The notes: generated from the sequence alone by a model not told the origin. Shown: positions 1-13,010, numbered from the stretch's first letter. The stretch is 64,000 nt of DNA from Marsupella aquatica (GCA_973895155.1 OZ316897.1:22543455-22607454), one strand, 5' to 3'. Made by a program: numbers and translations.

Positions 1-392
1 GGATTCTGCAAAATAACACGAGGGAATACTAAGTGGGATCCATGGATCCCACTTTGTATTTGACCCAAGGAATTTGGTACTGAAGGAGACAAAATAGGTA
101 ATTCACGTTCACCGTTTCTCAACATTCGAGTAGGGAATACCAAGTGGGATCCGTGGATCCCACTTGGTATTCGACCCACCAAATTTGGCTCCGAGGCTGC
201 CCCTCCCTACAATTCCGGCACATTTGGACTCCTCATTCGCTCAAACTATGATTGAACACTGGACACAGCTATCTTCACTCCCGCAGAACGAGACATTGGA
301 AAAACCAACGGAGATCTTCGGGCGGGCCTACATGGTAACGTTGTTCTTGGCATTAAAAACCGGGGCCTTCGCCTTTGAAGATCTGTTGGGGT

Positions 393-686
393 TCACGGTG
401 AACTAAGTGTCTCTGTCGTAGGAACTACATTAGGCTTTTTTATAAGTAGACGTCGTTTAAGAGGTTTACTTGGAGAGACATAGTATGAAATCGGAGCACC
501 CACAACACTCCTACAAGACTCTGAATCAGACTCTGATTTCTCAGATTCTGAGGAAAATGAAATCTCTGGCACTACTCTCTGTGAGGCTGGTAATTCATTC
601 ATCAAACGAGATGGAATAAATTTTTGAACAACATCTGGCGAAGATGCATCTGAACTGTAAATTGACTCATCACTTGAAGACGCCAT
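393..686 (-). pseudogene. Ser/acidic-rich first coding segment of a minus-strand gene of the TE-like island (probably continues leftwards, disrupted by stops)
   Basis: ORF MASSSDESIYSS... lies downstream of a minus-strand TATA box (839-845), two CCAAT boxes (858-862, 880-884) and a G-box CACGTG (903-908). No recognisable domain. Confidence 0.3.
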
Positions 687-838
687 AGAGAATCAAACAA
701 GGGTTGTATAGGAGTACATATTCATATCCAACAGAGAAAATTCAGATTACAGTATTCTATGAAAACAACTACTCAATACTGAACGAACCTCAAAGTAATC
801 GCGAGAAATGAAGATGAAAAACAGATGCGAGCTCTTCC

Positions 839-908
839 TTTTATAGTTTTCGGGGGCATTGGACACATGACATACCCTGATTGGTCCGTACGAGGGTTTT
901 TTCACGTG
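839..908 (-). promoter_or_regulatory. Pol II core promoter (TATA, two CCAAT boxes, G-box)
   Basis: Minus strand reads CTATAAAAGG. ATTGG occurs at 858 and 880 and CACGTG at 903, in plausible order upstream of the 686 ATG. Confidence 0.35.
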
Positions 909-2278
909 AGAGTCTATCTTTTCAAAGAATGCTGAAATTTAAATTGTAGATTTTTGAGGAAGTCGTCGTGGATCCCAGTTGGTCTTCAAACTAGAATATC
1001 AAGGTATGCGATGCAAAAACTTCAAAATGTAGAGGTTGAATACTAGATGGGATCCATCCCATCTGGTATTCATCCTCCTGTTTTCCTGATCAGTTTTTGG
1101 ACTTGCGAAAAAAATGGGATCCATGGATCTCAGTTGGTATTCATGTCGAAAGATCTCCTGATGCAAAGTTGCAAGTGGAAAACATTGAGGTTGAATACGA
1201 TAGTGGATACTTGGATCCCATCTCGTATTCATCATGCGTTATGGGCTAAAAAATTTCCGGACATGTCATCGGGTTAACTTAACTAACTGTGTGGTTCGAC
1301 TGTAGTCCGCGATTAGTTTTTTGCAGTTTTCAATTTTACCGCAGTTAAAAATTCAAACATTTTTAACCCAAGGTTAAATGGAAGCGTCAAGAGAATGATT
1401 TGGTGTGGTTTTCGTCCATGTTCAATGGTTGAATCCAAAATGGGATATGTCGTATCCCATTTTCAGTTTGCCATTTTGATGGCGAAAATGAAATCTTGTG
1501 TTTTACTCATTTTGTTTGACGCTCAGATTTAGCTTTTAGAAGGATCACGTGAAAAGCATTGTTTTTCCAGGTTTTGGAATTTGCACTGTTTTTAGATGAA
1601 GTGTATCGGAATTCTGGATTGTGACGATTCTGTGTTTTTGCGTCGACAGTATCTCGATTTGAAATCCGATGTTGGATGCAATTTTGGATTCATCCTCAAA
1701 ATAGCGTTTTTGATCTTAATTTTAGTGATTTTTTGCCATTTTTTGCGAAATCAAAAACACACTTCTCGTTTGGTGGTCATACTTCTTGTTTGGTCCGTCA
1801 CTGTGTTTATTACAAAACAAGATTGGTTTCTTGCAAAAAATTGGTATCAATAGACACTCCATAGATGTTGTCGTTTGTAAGAATAACCGTCAGGCCAAAG
1901 TGAGGATGGCTTGGCCTTGCCCACAACTGCAAAATAATCATGGACTAATGCTGAACATGTCAATGGCCATGCATGGGCCTCATTATATACACAATGTCTG
2001 AATGATATTTATGGATGTTATTGGGTATCCACTTACTAACATATAGTAATACTTAGTTTTAGTTCAATTACTTTGTAACCATTCTCAAGGGTCCTTTTAT
2101 AAGGAATATGTACCATTTTGGATCCATGCTATTTGCACCAACTTATTTGGAGATTGGAGGGCCTATATGAGGGGTCCAAATCCCTCCTCCATGATGTATT
2201 TCCTAATCTAGTTTAGGGGTGCCCTAACACATGCCTCAAGGACTCACTTAGAGGCACCACTTAATTGCGCTTCTCACT

Positions 2279-2620
2279 AACCCTAAACCCGTTACTTCCG
2301 GATTCCCTCTTGATGTTCTCACTTCTCACTTCTCACTCTCTCGCTCGTGCTCTCCCTCTCGCTCTCTTGCTCTCTCGCTTGCGCTCTCTCTCGCTTGATT
2401 TGTTTGCGCTCGATCACTCGCTCCTCCTCCCCGCTCATTCCTCCCTCGATACCTCACTCGCTCGATCATTCGTTCGCTCATCCGGGCACTCGCTCAAGCT
2501 CATTGCTCACTCATTCCATTTGTGCTTTAGCTCTACTCTCGCTTTGCTACTATTGCTCGTACTTCTGCTTGAACTGTGCTGCTGTTGCTCTCCTGCTGCT
2601 CCTCAGTTCTCTGGTTAGTT
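2279..2620 (+). promoter_or_regulatory. Telo-box followed by a pyrimidine-rich (CTCG/CT) 5' leader
   Basis: AACCCTAA at 2279-2286, then a ~300-bp CTCGCT/CTCT-rich tract and a putative donor CTG|GTTAGT at ~2614. This is typical of a plant transcript 5' end. Confidence 0.4.
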
Positions 2621-3216
2621 GAGCTGCTCATTCTCTTCTTGATTGTCCGACTACTTCAACTCCTTAGATCATCAACTGATTCAGCTCATCGACTGGTTTA
2701 GGGCATCAACAACTTCAGGTGATCAACTCCTCCTGCTTGACAGCTCCTTCTCCTGAGATTGGTAATGTCAGATTTAACGTGTAACTTCAATTGTCCACTT
2801 TGTGTATGTTCTACTGTACATGTTTGAACACTTGAAGAGGTCTTTTCATGGCTTCTTGTTTTAGGGCTTGTAGTTTCCAGCTGCTTTAGTCTGCTAGTGA
2901 TAGTTCTTATGACAATTCAGTCTCAGTGGATGTTAATGGATGTTTTAAGTAACGCTAGGTTTCCTCATTCAGGTGCAGGCCTCTCTTTCATCAATCACTC
3001 ACAAAGATCTCACACTATATCGTTTGCGGATTTAGGTGACAATCCAATCTCTCTTTTAGGAACCAGTCATTGATTTGATGCATTAAACGAATCCCGTGCT
3101 TTCTTGTACAAATTTAATTTTGGGTTTAGATTATCTTTCGTAGAATCTCAGATCCTCTTCATCAGTCTTCTCCTTCTTGATGGGATCCACCTATTCCACG
3201 GAATGGTGTCCCGCCT

Positions 3217-5524
3217 TGTGACGCCGGTGACATGGTCCTTATTCAATAATACGATGGAATTGGTATGCTGTGCACAGTAAGTAACTGTGAGACTGTAGAA
3301 GGATCAGCGAGATGGCAAGAATAAGGGCAATCATATATCGCGGGTGGTCGGCGACCGTATCTCTTTCAATGTGTCGCCAAATCCAGATCTATAAACAGCA
3401 TTGGAAAGATCTGGTCAAGGCGAGTAAAATCGATATAAGACACTCGGGAAACGAAGGTGTATTAAGAAAGATACGGCCTGGTTAGTGTGTCGGGTTAACT
3501 TGTAGCCGGAATTAGCGGGTTTGGCTTCGGTTTTGGGTTAACCTAAGCTTGGCCACGACTTAGCTTAGGTCAGCACGGCTTCAGCTTAGGCTTAGCCCAA
3601 GTTTGGGTTAGCCTGACCTCGGGCCCGGGTTAGGATAGGTCAGCTCGGGTTTGGGCTCGGATTAGCGGCTAGCAGACTAGCAGACTAGCGAACTAGCGGA
3701 CTAGCGGCTAGCAGACTAGCAGGCTAGCGGCTACAGACTAGCGGACTAGCGGCTAGCAGACTAGCGGGTAGCAGATTAGCCAGAGGCCACGGGTTAGCTC
3801 TACTCGGGCTAGATAGGATAGCTTGGTTAGCCAAACTCGGGTTAGCTATGTAACTCGGGTTAGCGCAACAGTGCGTACCCCCTCTCGGTTGCGGGGGCAT
3901 AACTTTCTCTGTATTTGTCCAAATCGGCTATAATTGACCTCGTTGGAAAGAGGAGCTCAAGCCGCTTCCAACGCTGCTATCCACGCAGCAAATGGTTGAA
4001 TAGAGAAATCTGGAGAGGAGGCGCAAGCTCGAAAAAATTGTGGAGGAGGGCCAAATCCGAAATACATAGTCAGTTTGAGATAGAAATAAAGTTGCGAGTT
4101 AGGGTTTAGTAGTTAGATATAGTGGCGGCTCTGTTAGGGCTAGGATGGGGCGCCAACAACGTAGCATCCACCAATTTGGGCTTAGTGTGAGAGTATATAG
4201 GGCAGCCCCCCCCGGTAGAGGCGGGGAGGGGGGGGACTTCAGTTGTGTGATCTCACGTAGACTGAGCATCAGGGAGGAGCTCTGTGCAAGCAAGGCTGGA
4301 CTTGGACGTCGTGTGTTGGGGAGAGCTAGGTTGTGCTATTACTCAGGGAGTAATCAGCCAAGCTTCACAGCAACGGTTTGCCAGGTTTGCGAGCTGGATT
4401 GTGGCTCTTTCTAGTGGGCGGCACAATTGGATTCTTTTCCCCCGATACATAGCCTTGGTGATAGGTGACGTATTGGTGATTGTAAACTGTGGGGAGGATT
4501 TTGATTGCATTTACGATGAGCACAGTAGGGAGGCTGAGACACTGATCGAGGTGCAGCAGGAGGAGCATTTACAGTTCAGTTTGGCAAGGCTACGTGATCC
4601 ATGGGGAGTCCCGGCCTTTGTCTGGTAGAGAGCACTAAGGGATTTATGGCCAGAGCTGAGCTTGCAGGGCAAGCATGAGGCCGGGCCTCATTGCAGTCTG
4701 GGGTAGATCGCCGTTAGGCCTGGTACCAGCTTTGAAGTCGAGTCAACTGTGCATGCGTAACTTGACATTCTGAAATGGAGGTGTGAGATCTATATGTGCC
4801 CCCAAGAATGAAGTGCAGTGAAGGAGGTTGAGTTCAGGATTGAGTTTGCAAGGCAAGTACGGGATTGGTTTGAGTCCAATCTGCCGTCGCAATCTGGAGT
4901 GAGCCGGGCTCAGGTTCAGGATTGAGCTTGCATGGCAAGCACGGGGCTTGCGGGGCAAGCACGTCGCAATCTGGAGTAGACAGCCTTCGGGACTATTGTT
5001 CGAATCAAGTGTTCTCAGTGAACTATTGTGCACATCTTTGAATCTAATTGAGTTTTCCTCTCAGGCCTCATTTCTCTCATGGATGTGTGTGTGTGTGAGG
5101 CAATCTAAGTGTATGATGGGACTAGCAGCGCCACTGAGAGGTGTACCGGGTGCATTGAAGTGGGTTGGGTGAGGGCTGTCATAACTCTGATTGCTGGGAG
5201 TGGAATGGCAGAGTGGTGGGGCAATGGCTTAGAAGTCCCTAAGCCGGGAATCAGTCAGAGTCATTGATTTATGGGTACATTCCGGCGGCGGAATAGAAAC
5301 ATACCTATGGCAGTAAGCATACGTATAGACATATGCGCACCGTAGCGCTAGGCCCTATGTGTACGGGCCCGACATGAAGACCCCCTTCTCACCAGAACTA
5401 TCATGAGTGCAAGAGCTGATTCCCAACCTTGGTCCTTTGGGATTGAGCTTGGGTGATGTGTGACAGAGTCTTGCTATGATAGTCTGGCGTTAAGGGGATA
5501 AACCGGCGTATACCAGCCTTCACA
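3217..5524 (-). mobile_element. Solo-LTR-like element (~2.3 kb), TGTGA...TCACA ends
   Basis: TG...CA termini with a short inverted repeat and a minus-strand CCCTATATA box at 4193-4202. Homologous in inverted orientation to 15662-18774. No TSD visible. Confidence 0.6.
3655..3782 (+). repeat. Short tandem repeat (ACTAGCGG/CTAGCAG units) inside the LTR-like element
   Basis: Direct reiteration of 7-9-bp CTAGC-core units. Confidence 0.85.
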
Positions 5525-5639
5525 ACATCCCTCCGTGATCCTCAGGTACAAGGAGATAGTTTTGGCACCCAATAGTGACAGCTTTGGTGTCAAGACCCAA
5601 TGTCAACCGCTTGACACGCCTGCTCTTGAACGACGTTGC

Positions 5640-6350
5640 ACACCCCACGGCACAATGTTCCGCCCGCTGTGAAACCCCGTCACACACCGAACGGCATACT
5701 CTTGGTGTCTCGCTGATTGATGGGGTCAAAAAATCCCCACGGAATGATGTTCCGCCTGCTCTCAAACCTCTTTGAGAGAATATATATGACGGAATGTTGT
5801 TCCGCCCAGTGTGAACCTTCGTCCAACATCAGGCGGAATGTTGTTCCACCTTCTTTGAAACCTCTTTGAGAGAATATATATGTCAAAATGTTGTTCCGCC
5901 TTGGGTGAACCTTTGTCAAACATCAGGCGGAACGCTGTTCTGCCTCCTCTGAAATTCAATCCAGCCAAGGAAAGAAAACGGTTGACCCCACGCATATCCT
6001 CAGTTGAACACCCGACGGGACGATGTTCCGCCAGCTCTGAAATTGAGTTCCGCCCAGTAAGGAAAAGTCTTCCGGTCAAGGTGAATCTAAGTGGTCCACC
6101 CACTCGAATGCCCTTCCGCCTCCTCTGAAATTCAATGCGGGCCAGGAATCAAGAGGGTTCCTCCCAAGGTGAATCTAACTGGAATACCCCACGGAACGCT
6201 GTTCCGCCTGCTCGAATGAAATATCCAAAATAGAGTCCGCAATAGCGTAGCTCTCAAGGGAGAAGTCTTCCGCCCGAACCAAGGCAATCACCAATCACAA
6301 GTCTTCCGCCCGAACCAACCCAATCACCCTGCGGAACAGTGTTTCGTCGG
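5640..6350. repeat. Array of CGGAAC-N3-GTTCCG palindromic motifs
   Basis: About 10 imperfect copies, e.g. ~5740, 5790, 5833, 5927, 6016, 6192 and 6332. Confidence 0.8.
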
Positions 6351-6679
6351 ACATAGAGTGTAAGATATTAGTTTGTTAGACAAGGCGGAAAAACTCTGAC
6401 TTTCATAGAAATCTCATGCGATTGCAGACATGATGGAAAAGGTGTTCAGTGTTTCAATAAGTTTCGCCCAACATTTGATAGACATATCGCACTCCAGCGT
6501 TCTCTTACGCAAGAATACGATCTCTTGGGAAAAAGTCTACTTCCAGGGCTTCCCAACGAACTTGTGGAGCAGTTAATCTGGAATATATGTCTAGGATCAT
6601 TTAACACCTTGGCAGATCAAAGTTCATTCTCGGATTCAGAATTGAATTCATTGATTTTGATGAGGTCTGTCTCTTGCAG

Positions 6680-7560
6680 ATGGCGTCACTAGATAAATAA
6701 TACGTATACCATGGGCATCCTCAAGATGACTATTTTAGACTTTCAACCCAAGGAAGCCAAGTTTCCCATTGATTTCATTCCTGCTCCTCTTCTCGAACAA
6801 ACTACCTATAGCTTCTATCGAAAGTATCCAGAAATTAAATTCTTGGGATCGATGCCCAAGAACCTTTGAGAAACATTCATGAAGGCATATGACCTCCTGC
6901 ATCCCATCGAAAAATGGGATTTTACTCTACTCTGTTACAAAACCGGATATCTCGAGAATGGCTTCAAATCTAGATAGAATTTGCTAATAATAAGTTCCGT
7001 TTGATCAATCCAACAGGATGGACGAAGTCTCTAGCAAAGCCTTGCAGGTTGAGAAGGTTTGCAATTTACTCAAAGATCTTGAGAAAGTGGCAAAATTTGA
7101 AAGACAAAGGCTCAATCCTTATTCCCTGTACATGGAAGGTCTGCCAGATAGTTTGGTGATTGAAAAAATTTGGCCTCTTTTGATGGATCACAGTCTTCAA
7201 TGCGGAGGACTTGATCAAGAATCATTCGTCTCGAGGATGACTGCCATGATCAGACTTACGTCATGCAACAAGAAGTGGCAGTTTTTAGTAAAACATACAA
7301 AATTTTGGTTTGCTCTCATAGAAGCAAACAAGAAAATAGAGAAGATCAAGGACAAACTTTCTACCATTCCAGAAGCCAACCTTTTAACATCACGCCATCT
7401 GCTACACGTCTTTAGAGACAACCTCTATGAGTTTCCGAATATTGAGATACTTGGATCACTTCTTCCGGTGGACAGTTGCTTATTCTGGTTGTTGTGGGAA
7501 AGTTTAGATGTTGAGGAGAGGGAAGTAGTCCATAAGAGATTCCAGGTCTTACCAAAATGA
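6680..7560 (+). pseudogene. F-box-like protein (decayed)
   Basis: ORF 7018-7560 contains LYMEGLPDSLVIEKIWPLL...MIRLTSCNKKWQFLV, resembling the F-box pattern LP..l...I...L...l..V.K.W. The upstream part after the acceptor TTGCAG (~6679) carries stops. Confidence 0.5.
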
Positions 7561-10500
7561 GTACTCAAGGACTTGATGTATTCCAAATTTTTTCAATAAA
7601 ATGTGCGGACGACATTTTGGGATATTGTTCTGTTAACTCCTTCAGCTCATTAGTAGCAGACGGAACAGTGTTCCGCCAGTTGACAAGCATGACTCTCCTA
7701 ATCGTTTTTTTGTGTAATGGATTCCACCATGACTTCATCGTCAAAAAGAAAGGCTCAGTCCAAAACACCCCGAAGGAATAAAGTTTGGAAGGTGACTCGT
7801 CGTGACGTTGACATTTCACTTGGAAGATTCAAGGGGGCAAAAATTCCAAAGGTTTTTTGTGACGAGTCAAAATCAGTCCATCCCTTGAAGATGGAGAAAT
7901 GTCAGAGATGGGGGGTGGTTTGGTACGGGGGATGCTTTTTTCTTTGTGTCGAGATGGAGTCACTCTCCGTAATAGCCGACCACAAGATAATCGGTTCATT
8001 CTTCAAATGAAACCTTGGTCTTGCCGAGTATCAAGAGTGTCTCTGCCTTTTGCTGGAAGATATCAAGGAGCAAACCAAAATTGTTGTTTGCTTGAGACTC
8101 CCAGAGTACAACAAGTTTGACCAAGCGGGGATTGACGTGGAGTTGGAAAAGATAGAGAAGTACAGAGATTGCACTTCCCACCGACTACTCAATGAAGACA
8201 TCCGTTCCCCAATAACACCAGAAGTAGTTTCCGGAGATACTCTTACCTTCTACTTCATGAGTATTTTTGAGTGGAGTAAGGAAGATTTTGTTCGAGACTT
8301 CATCGTAGGGAGAAAAGGGGAGATCCGTCCGGGAAATCTGCCAGAGGAAGTTAACGACAAGAACGCAAAGGAAATGTTCAGTAATCTTCTGAATGAATAT
8401 AAATCAGTGACTTTGTTTGAAGGAAAATCCTTTGAGCTGGCAACACTTTGATGTAAATTAGGACCCGATGACTACAAATGCCGAGTCTTTGATCAGAAAT
8501 ACTGTGAAGTTCTGAAGGGCTCAATGATGGGTCATTCTTCCCTTGCACTCGAGAAGACTCGAGTCTACCTCGTTCCAGTCCAGTGGGATGAAAGCAAAGC
8601 TGAGAACGATCCATTCTACAATGGAGCTCCCTTCAAGTCTCGACCAACACTTGAAGATGTGAAGAACTGCTACTTTTGGATAATTGGAGGACAACATACA
8701 ATTGAGGCTTACAAATTGCTGATTGCCTATCCAAAATTTGATTAAAAAAGAAAGAGGAACTCCTCATGGTGACAACCGCTCTCTTTTGGACACCGTTCAA
8801 TCTCATTGGGAATACGAAGATTATGGGCCTCTCACAAGCTTTGAACAACATGAACAAGGCAACAATGCCAGAAAGTTAGTTTCTTCTGATGGCAAAGCAA
8901 GTCAGGAAAATCTGGGTGTCGGCCGGGAGACCACCATCATTGAGCGGAAAAAAAGCAAATTCAATGTGGAAGGTATGTTAAGTTGTCTTTGACTTGGGTC
9001 ATTTGATAAATAATTGCAAGAGCTCGAGCCGCCGAACAGTGTTTCGTGGGATCCTGAGATCTTCATTATTATTATCTTTCTAACTTTCTACATTTGCAGC
9101 CATTTTGTGCAGCGGCCCATATTGCGTACCCAACAGCTGTGATGGTCAATAGAAACATGAGATTCATCGAGATGGCACCGTTTTTGTTTGAGATGAAGGA
9201 CGACACATTTGAGCTCTGGATGGAAGTTCAATGTCTCTCAGAAGATGGTCTGCTCATCCACTCAAATAAAGTTCTCCAGCACATAGCAAAGCCATATGAG
9301 GATAGAACAACGTGGCATCTCTGGAGAAGGTTTTTCCGGCATATGCAAGGTCTTGAAGATCAAGATTTGAAAAAGCTAGCAAAGTATTTGATTTCAAGAG
9401 AGAAGATGTCGCTCTTCCCGAATAGGACGAATGACAAGAATTACGACCCTATTCAAATGGAAGGGTGGAGGTCACTTGAGGAGTTTTGCCTCGAAAAAGA
9501 ATAAGCGTATTTTTGAATGCATATTTTTGTTGGAGTTCACTGAGAGAAGCAAAATCAACGAATTCTGCATTTTGAGCAAAGATGAAAGGAAGGAGAAGGT
9601 TGTTGATGTTCGCAACTTTTTCCATATTGATGGGCAGCGGATGCATATGCTAAGGGAGTTGCTACCTTCTGGCCTATATCAATCTGGAAGGCTCAACAAC
9701 ATGAATTGGGCAGAACTGATTGATCTTATTCTGGCTTCTTTCAAAGGTTTGGTCGACTCAATTTCAAGATCTGTCGACCGAAACGGAAATTTTCTTGTGG
9801 TGAAAAAAATGATCTATTTCATTTGCAATTGATTGAAGGGTTTGGAGGAAAGAACTTTTTTGATGGTTTGTCCCAAACCTATGAGAATACATCGGTGGAC
9901 CTTTTCTATTTTGATTTGACGAGGACATCTGAGTATGGTCCATACGACCATCATTTCTATCGTCAGTTTTTCCAAGCAACTTCTACTATTGGAGGTGCAT
10001 GACATAAAGTTGTGCTGATAGTCAACCCTTTGGAGATTATCGACGTCATGCGAGGCATCACTCCAACAAAGAAATACATATGTCTCCCCGCCCAAATCAC
10101 TTTTGGAGCTCCGAAAAAGACAAAAATGACATCTTGTTAGAACCAGAAGGTCGAAGAACACAATATGTCTTGTATTCCTTTTTTGATGAAGCGTTTGTGT
10201 CTTCGACACTTCCCGAAGAAAAGGAGTCATCTTTGAGAGACTCCTTGAGGGGGAAGCTTGCAAATTATGACGAAGTCGACGTCGCGGAGAGTCTCAGCAA
10301 CGAGAAAACTGCCACATATTTTTCATATCTTGTGAAACTATTTCTATCCTCTGGTGATTCTGTTGTTTGTTTTGGTGACAATCGTTGTCTCATCAAATGT
10401 TTAATGGTAAGTGTGATTTCTGAATTTATTTAAATTTACATGTTTCTCACAAATTTAAACTCAATTCAATGACTAATGAACACAATTGATTCTCTCACAT

Positions 10501-10899
10501 GAGGGAATTCTATATTTGTGACAAGTTTTTGCCCTGTCGAGAGCCACGACCTCTTGTCTGACTACTTCAACGCATTGTATCCGTCGTTCAAAGAGCCAAA
10601 ATGTCCAAAGCGTGAGACATTTGAAAACCTCCTCCGGAGAAAGATTTTGAAGAAGAAGTCAATTTTTGAAGTGAGGGATGATATCCTCGACATCCTCAAC
10701 GAGAGCTATCAACTCACGGATCATCAAATAGAGCATGTCATCAAGGAGTATGGGTTACAAGAGCGACCTGATAACAATGATGATTGCCTTCTCTACTCCC
10801 TTCCTCAGATCCTTCCATCGGGACCTCTTGGCGGTACGTGTTTTTAAAGTTAAAGTTGATTTTGTGTATATGTGATCATGCCATTGGAGTTAGATATTT

Positions 10900-11285
10900 G
10901 CCGACGGCACTATGTTCCACGGGGCTACACTAAATTTGCGGACGGAACGGTGTTCCATGGGGTTTTTCTTAAGTCTTTGCTGACAGAACGGGTTTTCCGC
11001 GCGCTTAGTCAAATTTGCCCACGGAACGCTATTTCACGGGGTTCTTCGTAAGTCTTTGCCAATGGAACAGTGTTCCGTGTGCTTACCCGGATTTTTGAAC
11101 GGAAAGGTTTTGCACGCGCTGAGTAGGATTTTCTGAGTCAGATTTTTGGATAGAACGGTGTTTGGCGCACTTAGTCGGATTTGCGGACAGAATGGTGTTT
11201 CGCGCGGTGAGTTGGATATGCGGATGGAACGGTGTTCCGTGAGCTTATTCAGATTTGTGGACGGAACGGTGTTCCGCGCGCTTAG
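10900..11285. repeat. Minisatellite of ~38-40-bp units, each carrying CGGAAC-N3-GTTCCG
   Basis: About 10 units such as GGACGGAACGGTGTTCCGCGCGCTTAGT..., located in a putative intron. Confidence 0.85.
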
Positions 11286-11899
11286 TAGGACTTGTTGGTT
11301 TTGTTAATTAAAATGATTTGGAACTTACCTACAAATGGATTTGGGTGATATTAGGTGTCGACCCTCAGACGCATTCAAGCAAGAGATTACCTAGTCCATT
11401 GAAGAGACTCGATTACCACAATGAGGAATTGGAGTCGGGTGATGAGAAAGACCAAGATAAGGAGAATGAGAAATCCGAACGCGAGGAGGAGGCACGTGAC
11501 GATGATGACGGTGATGATGATGAGAATGACGATGACAATGATAATGACTCGCAAAGGGGCGAACAACATTCCAAATCCAGATGTGATCATGAAGGAAGCA
11601 ATTTACATTCTGATGGGGATTCCGAGAGCGAATCAGCGAATGCAGATTTTGGGAATGAGGGTTGGTCACCAGGTGGGGAGAGCGGAAAGTCAGTAGGAGA
11701 TTCAGAGGATTCTGAAAGTTGGGAAAGAGAAGCCGAAGTGTTGAGGAAAAAGAAGGCGGAGTTAGAGAAAGAGCTTGAGCTTGCAGCAAAAAAACTCAAA
11801 TTTGACTTGAAGTCTGCCTCAGAATCAAAAAAGAATGCTGATGAGGACGAAACTTCAGGGAAAAAAGAAAGAAAAAAGTATACGTGTCAAAAAAGAAAA

Positions 11900-13010
11900 A
11901 AAGAAAACTGAAGAGTTGGAGCTAGAGGAAGGAACGACAGGAAAAGGAACGGCGGGAGAAAGTGGAGCAAGAAGAGAAAAAGGAGAGAGAGGAAAGGGAG
12001 AGGAAGGAAAGGGAGGAGAAAGATAAGGAGGAGGAAGAAGAGAGAAAGGATCAAGAGGAGAAGGTGAGGGAAGATGGTGAACGGAAGCAAAAGAAAGATG
12101 ACAAAGAACAGGAGGAGGAAGAGCACGAGGGGGATGAAGACGACGAAGATGATAAGAAGGAAGTTAGAGGAAGAATGGAAGGAAAAGAAAGATGACAAAG
12201 ATCAAGATGAAGGGAAACAAGAGGAGGAAGAGCACGAGAAGGAGGAAGACGAGGGGAAGGAGGACAAGGGAAAGGAAGACAAGGGAAAGGAGGAAGACGA
12301 GGTAAAAAAGGAACATGAAGAGAGGGAGAGGAAAGAAGCCGAAGAGAGAAAAGAGAGAGAAGAGAGAGAAAAGGAAGAGAGGGAGAGGAAAGAAGCCAAA
12401 GAGAGAAAAGAGAGAGAAGAGAGAGAAAAAGAAGAGAGGGAGAGGAAAGAAGCCCAAGAGAGAAAAGAAAGAGAAGAGAGAGAAAAAGAAGAGAGGGAGA
12501 GGAAAGAAGCCCAAGAGCGAAAAGAGAGAGAAGAGAGAAAAAGAAGAGAGGGAGAGGAAAGAAGCCGAAGAGAGAAAAGAGAGAGAAGAGAGAGAAAAAG
12601 AAGAGAGGGAGAGGAAAGAAGCCCAAGAGAGAAAAGAGAGAGAAGAGAGGGAGAGGAAAGAAGCCCAAGAGAGAGAAGAGAGAGAAAGGGAAGAGAGGGA
12701 GAGGAAAGATGTAGAAGAGAGAAAAAGAGAAGAGAGGGAGAGGAAAGAAGCCGAAGAGAGACAAGAGAGAGAAAGAGAAGATAAGAAGAGAAAAGAAGCA
12801 GAAGAGTGGGAGAAGAATGAAGCCGAAGAGAAGGAGAGGAGAGAAGCTCAAGACAAACAAGAGGAGGAGAGGAAAGATGCAGAAGAGCGGGAGAAGAATG
12901 AAGCCGAAGAGAAGGAGAGGAGAGGAGCTCAAGACAAACAAGAGGAAGAGAGGAAAGATGCAAAAGAAAGGAAAAGAGAAGAGATGGAGAAGGAAAAAAG
13001 GGTCAATAGT
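11900..13010 (+). repeat. Purine-rich coding tandem repeat (57-bp unit, EERERKEAxERKEREEREK)
   Basis: The + strand is almost entirely A/G. The unit recurs at 12316, 12373, etc., and frameshifts split it across ORFs 12074 and 12315. Confidence 0.9.

Larger units (their letters stand above)
25..1470. repeat. Dispersed palindrome family AATACCAAGTGGGATCC-NN-GGATCCCACTTGGTATT
   Basis: Copies at 25-60, 135-172 (18-bp perfect arms, 2-nt loop), ~969-990 (half), 1037-1072, ~1115-1142 and ~1194-1231, with a variant at ~1437-1463. Confidence 0.85.

Noticed and set aside
2265-2622. Leu/Ser-rich ORFs
   Set aside because: By-product of the CT-rich leader.
10900-11285. CRISPR-like array of regularly spaced palindromes
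   Set aside because: The intervening sequences resemble each other, the repeats are degenerate, there are no cas genes and the context is eukaryotic. It is a minisatellite.
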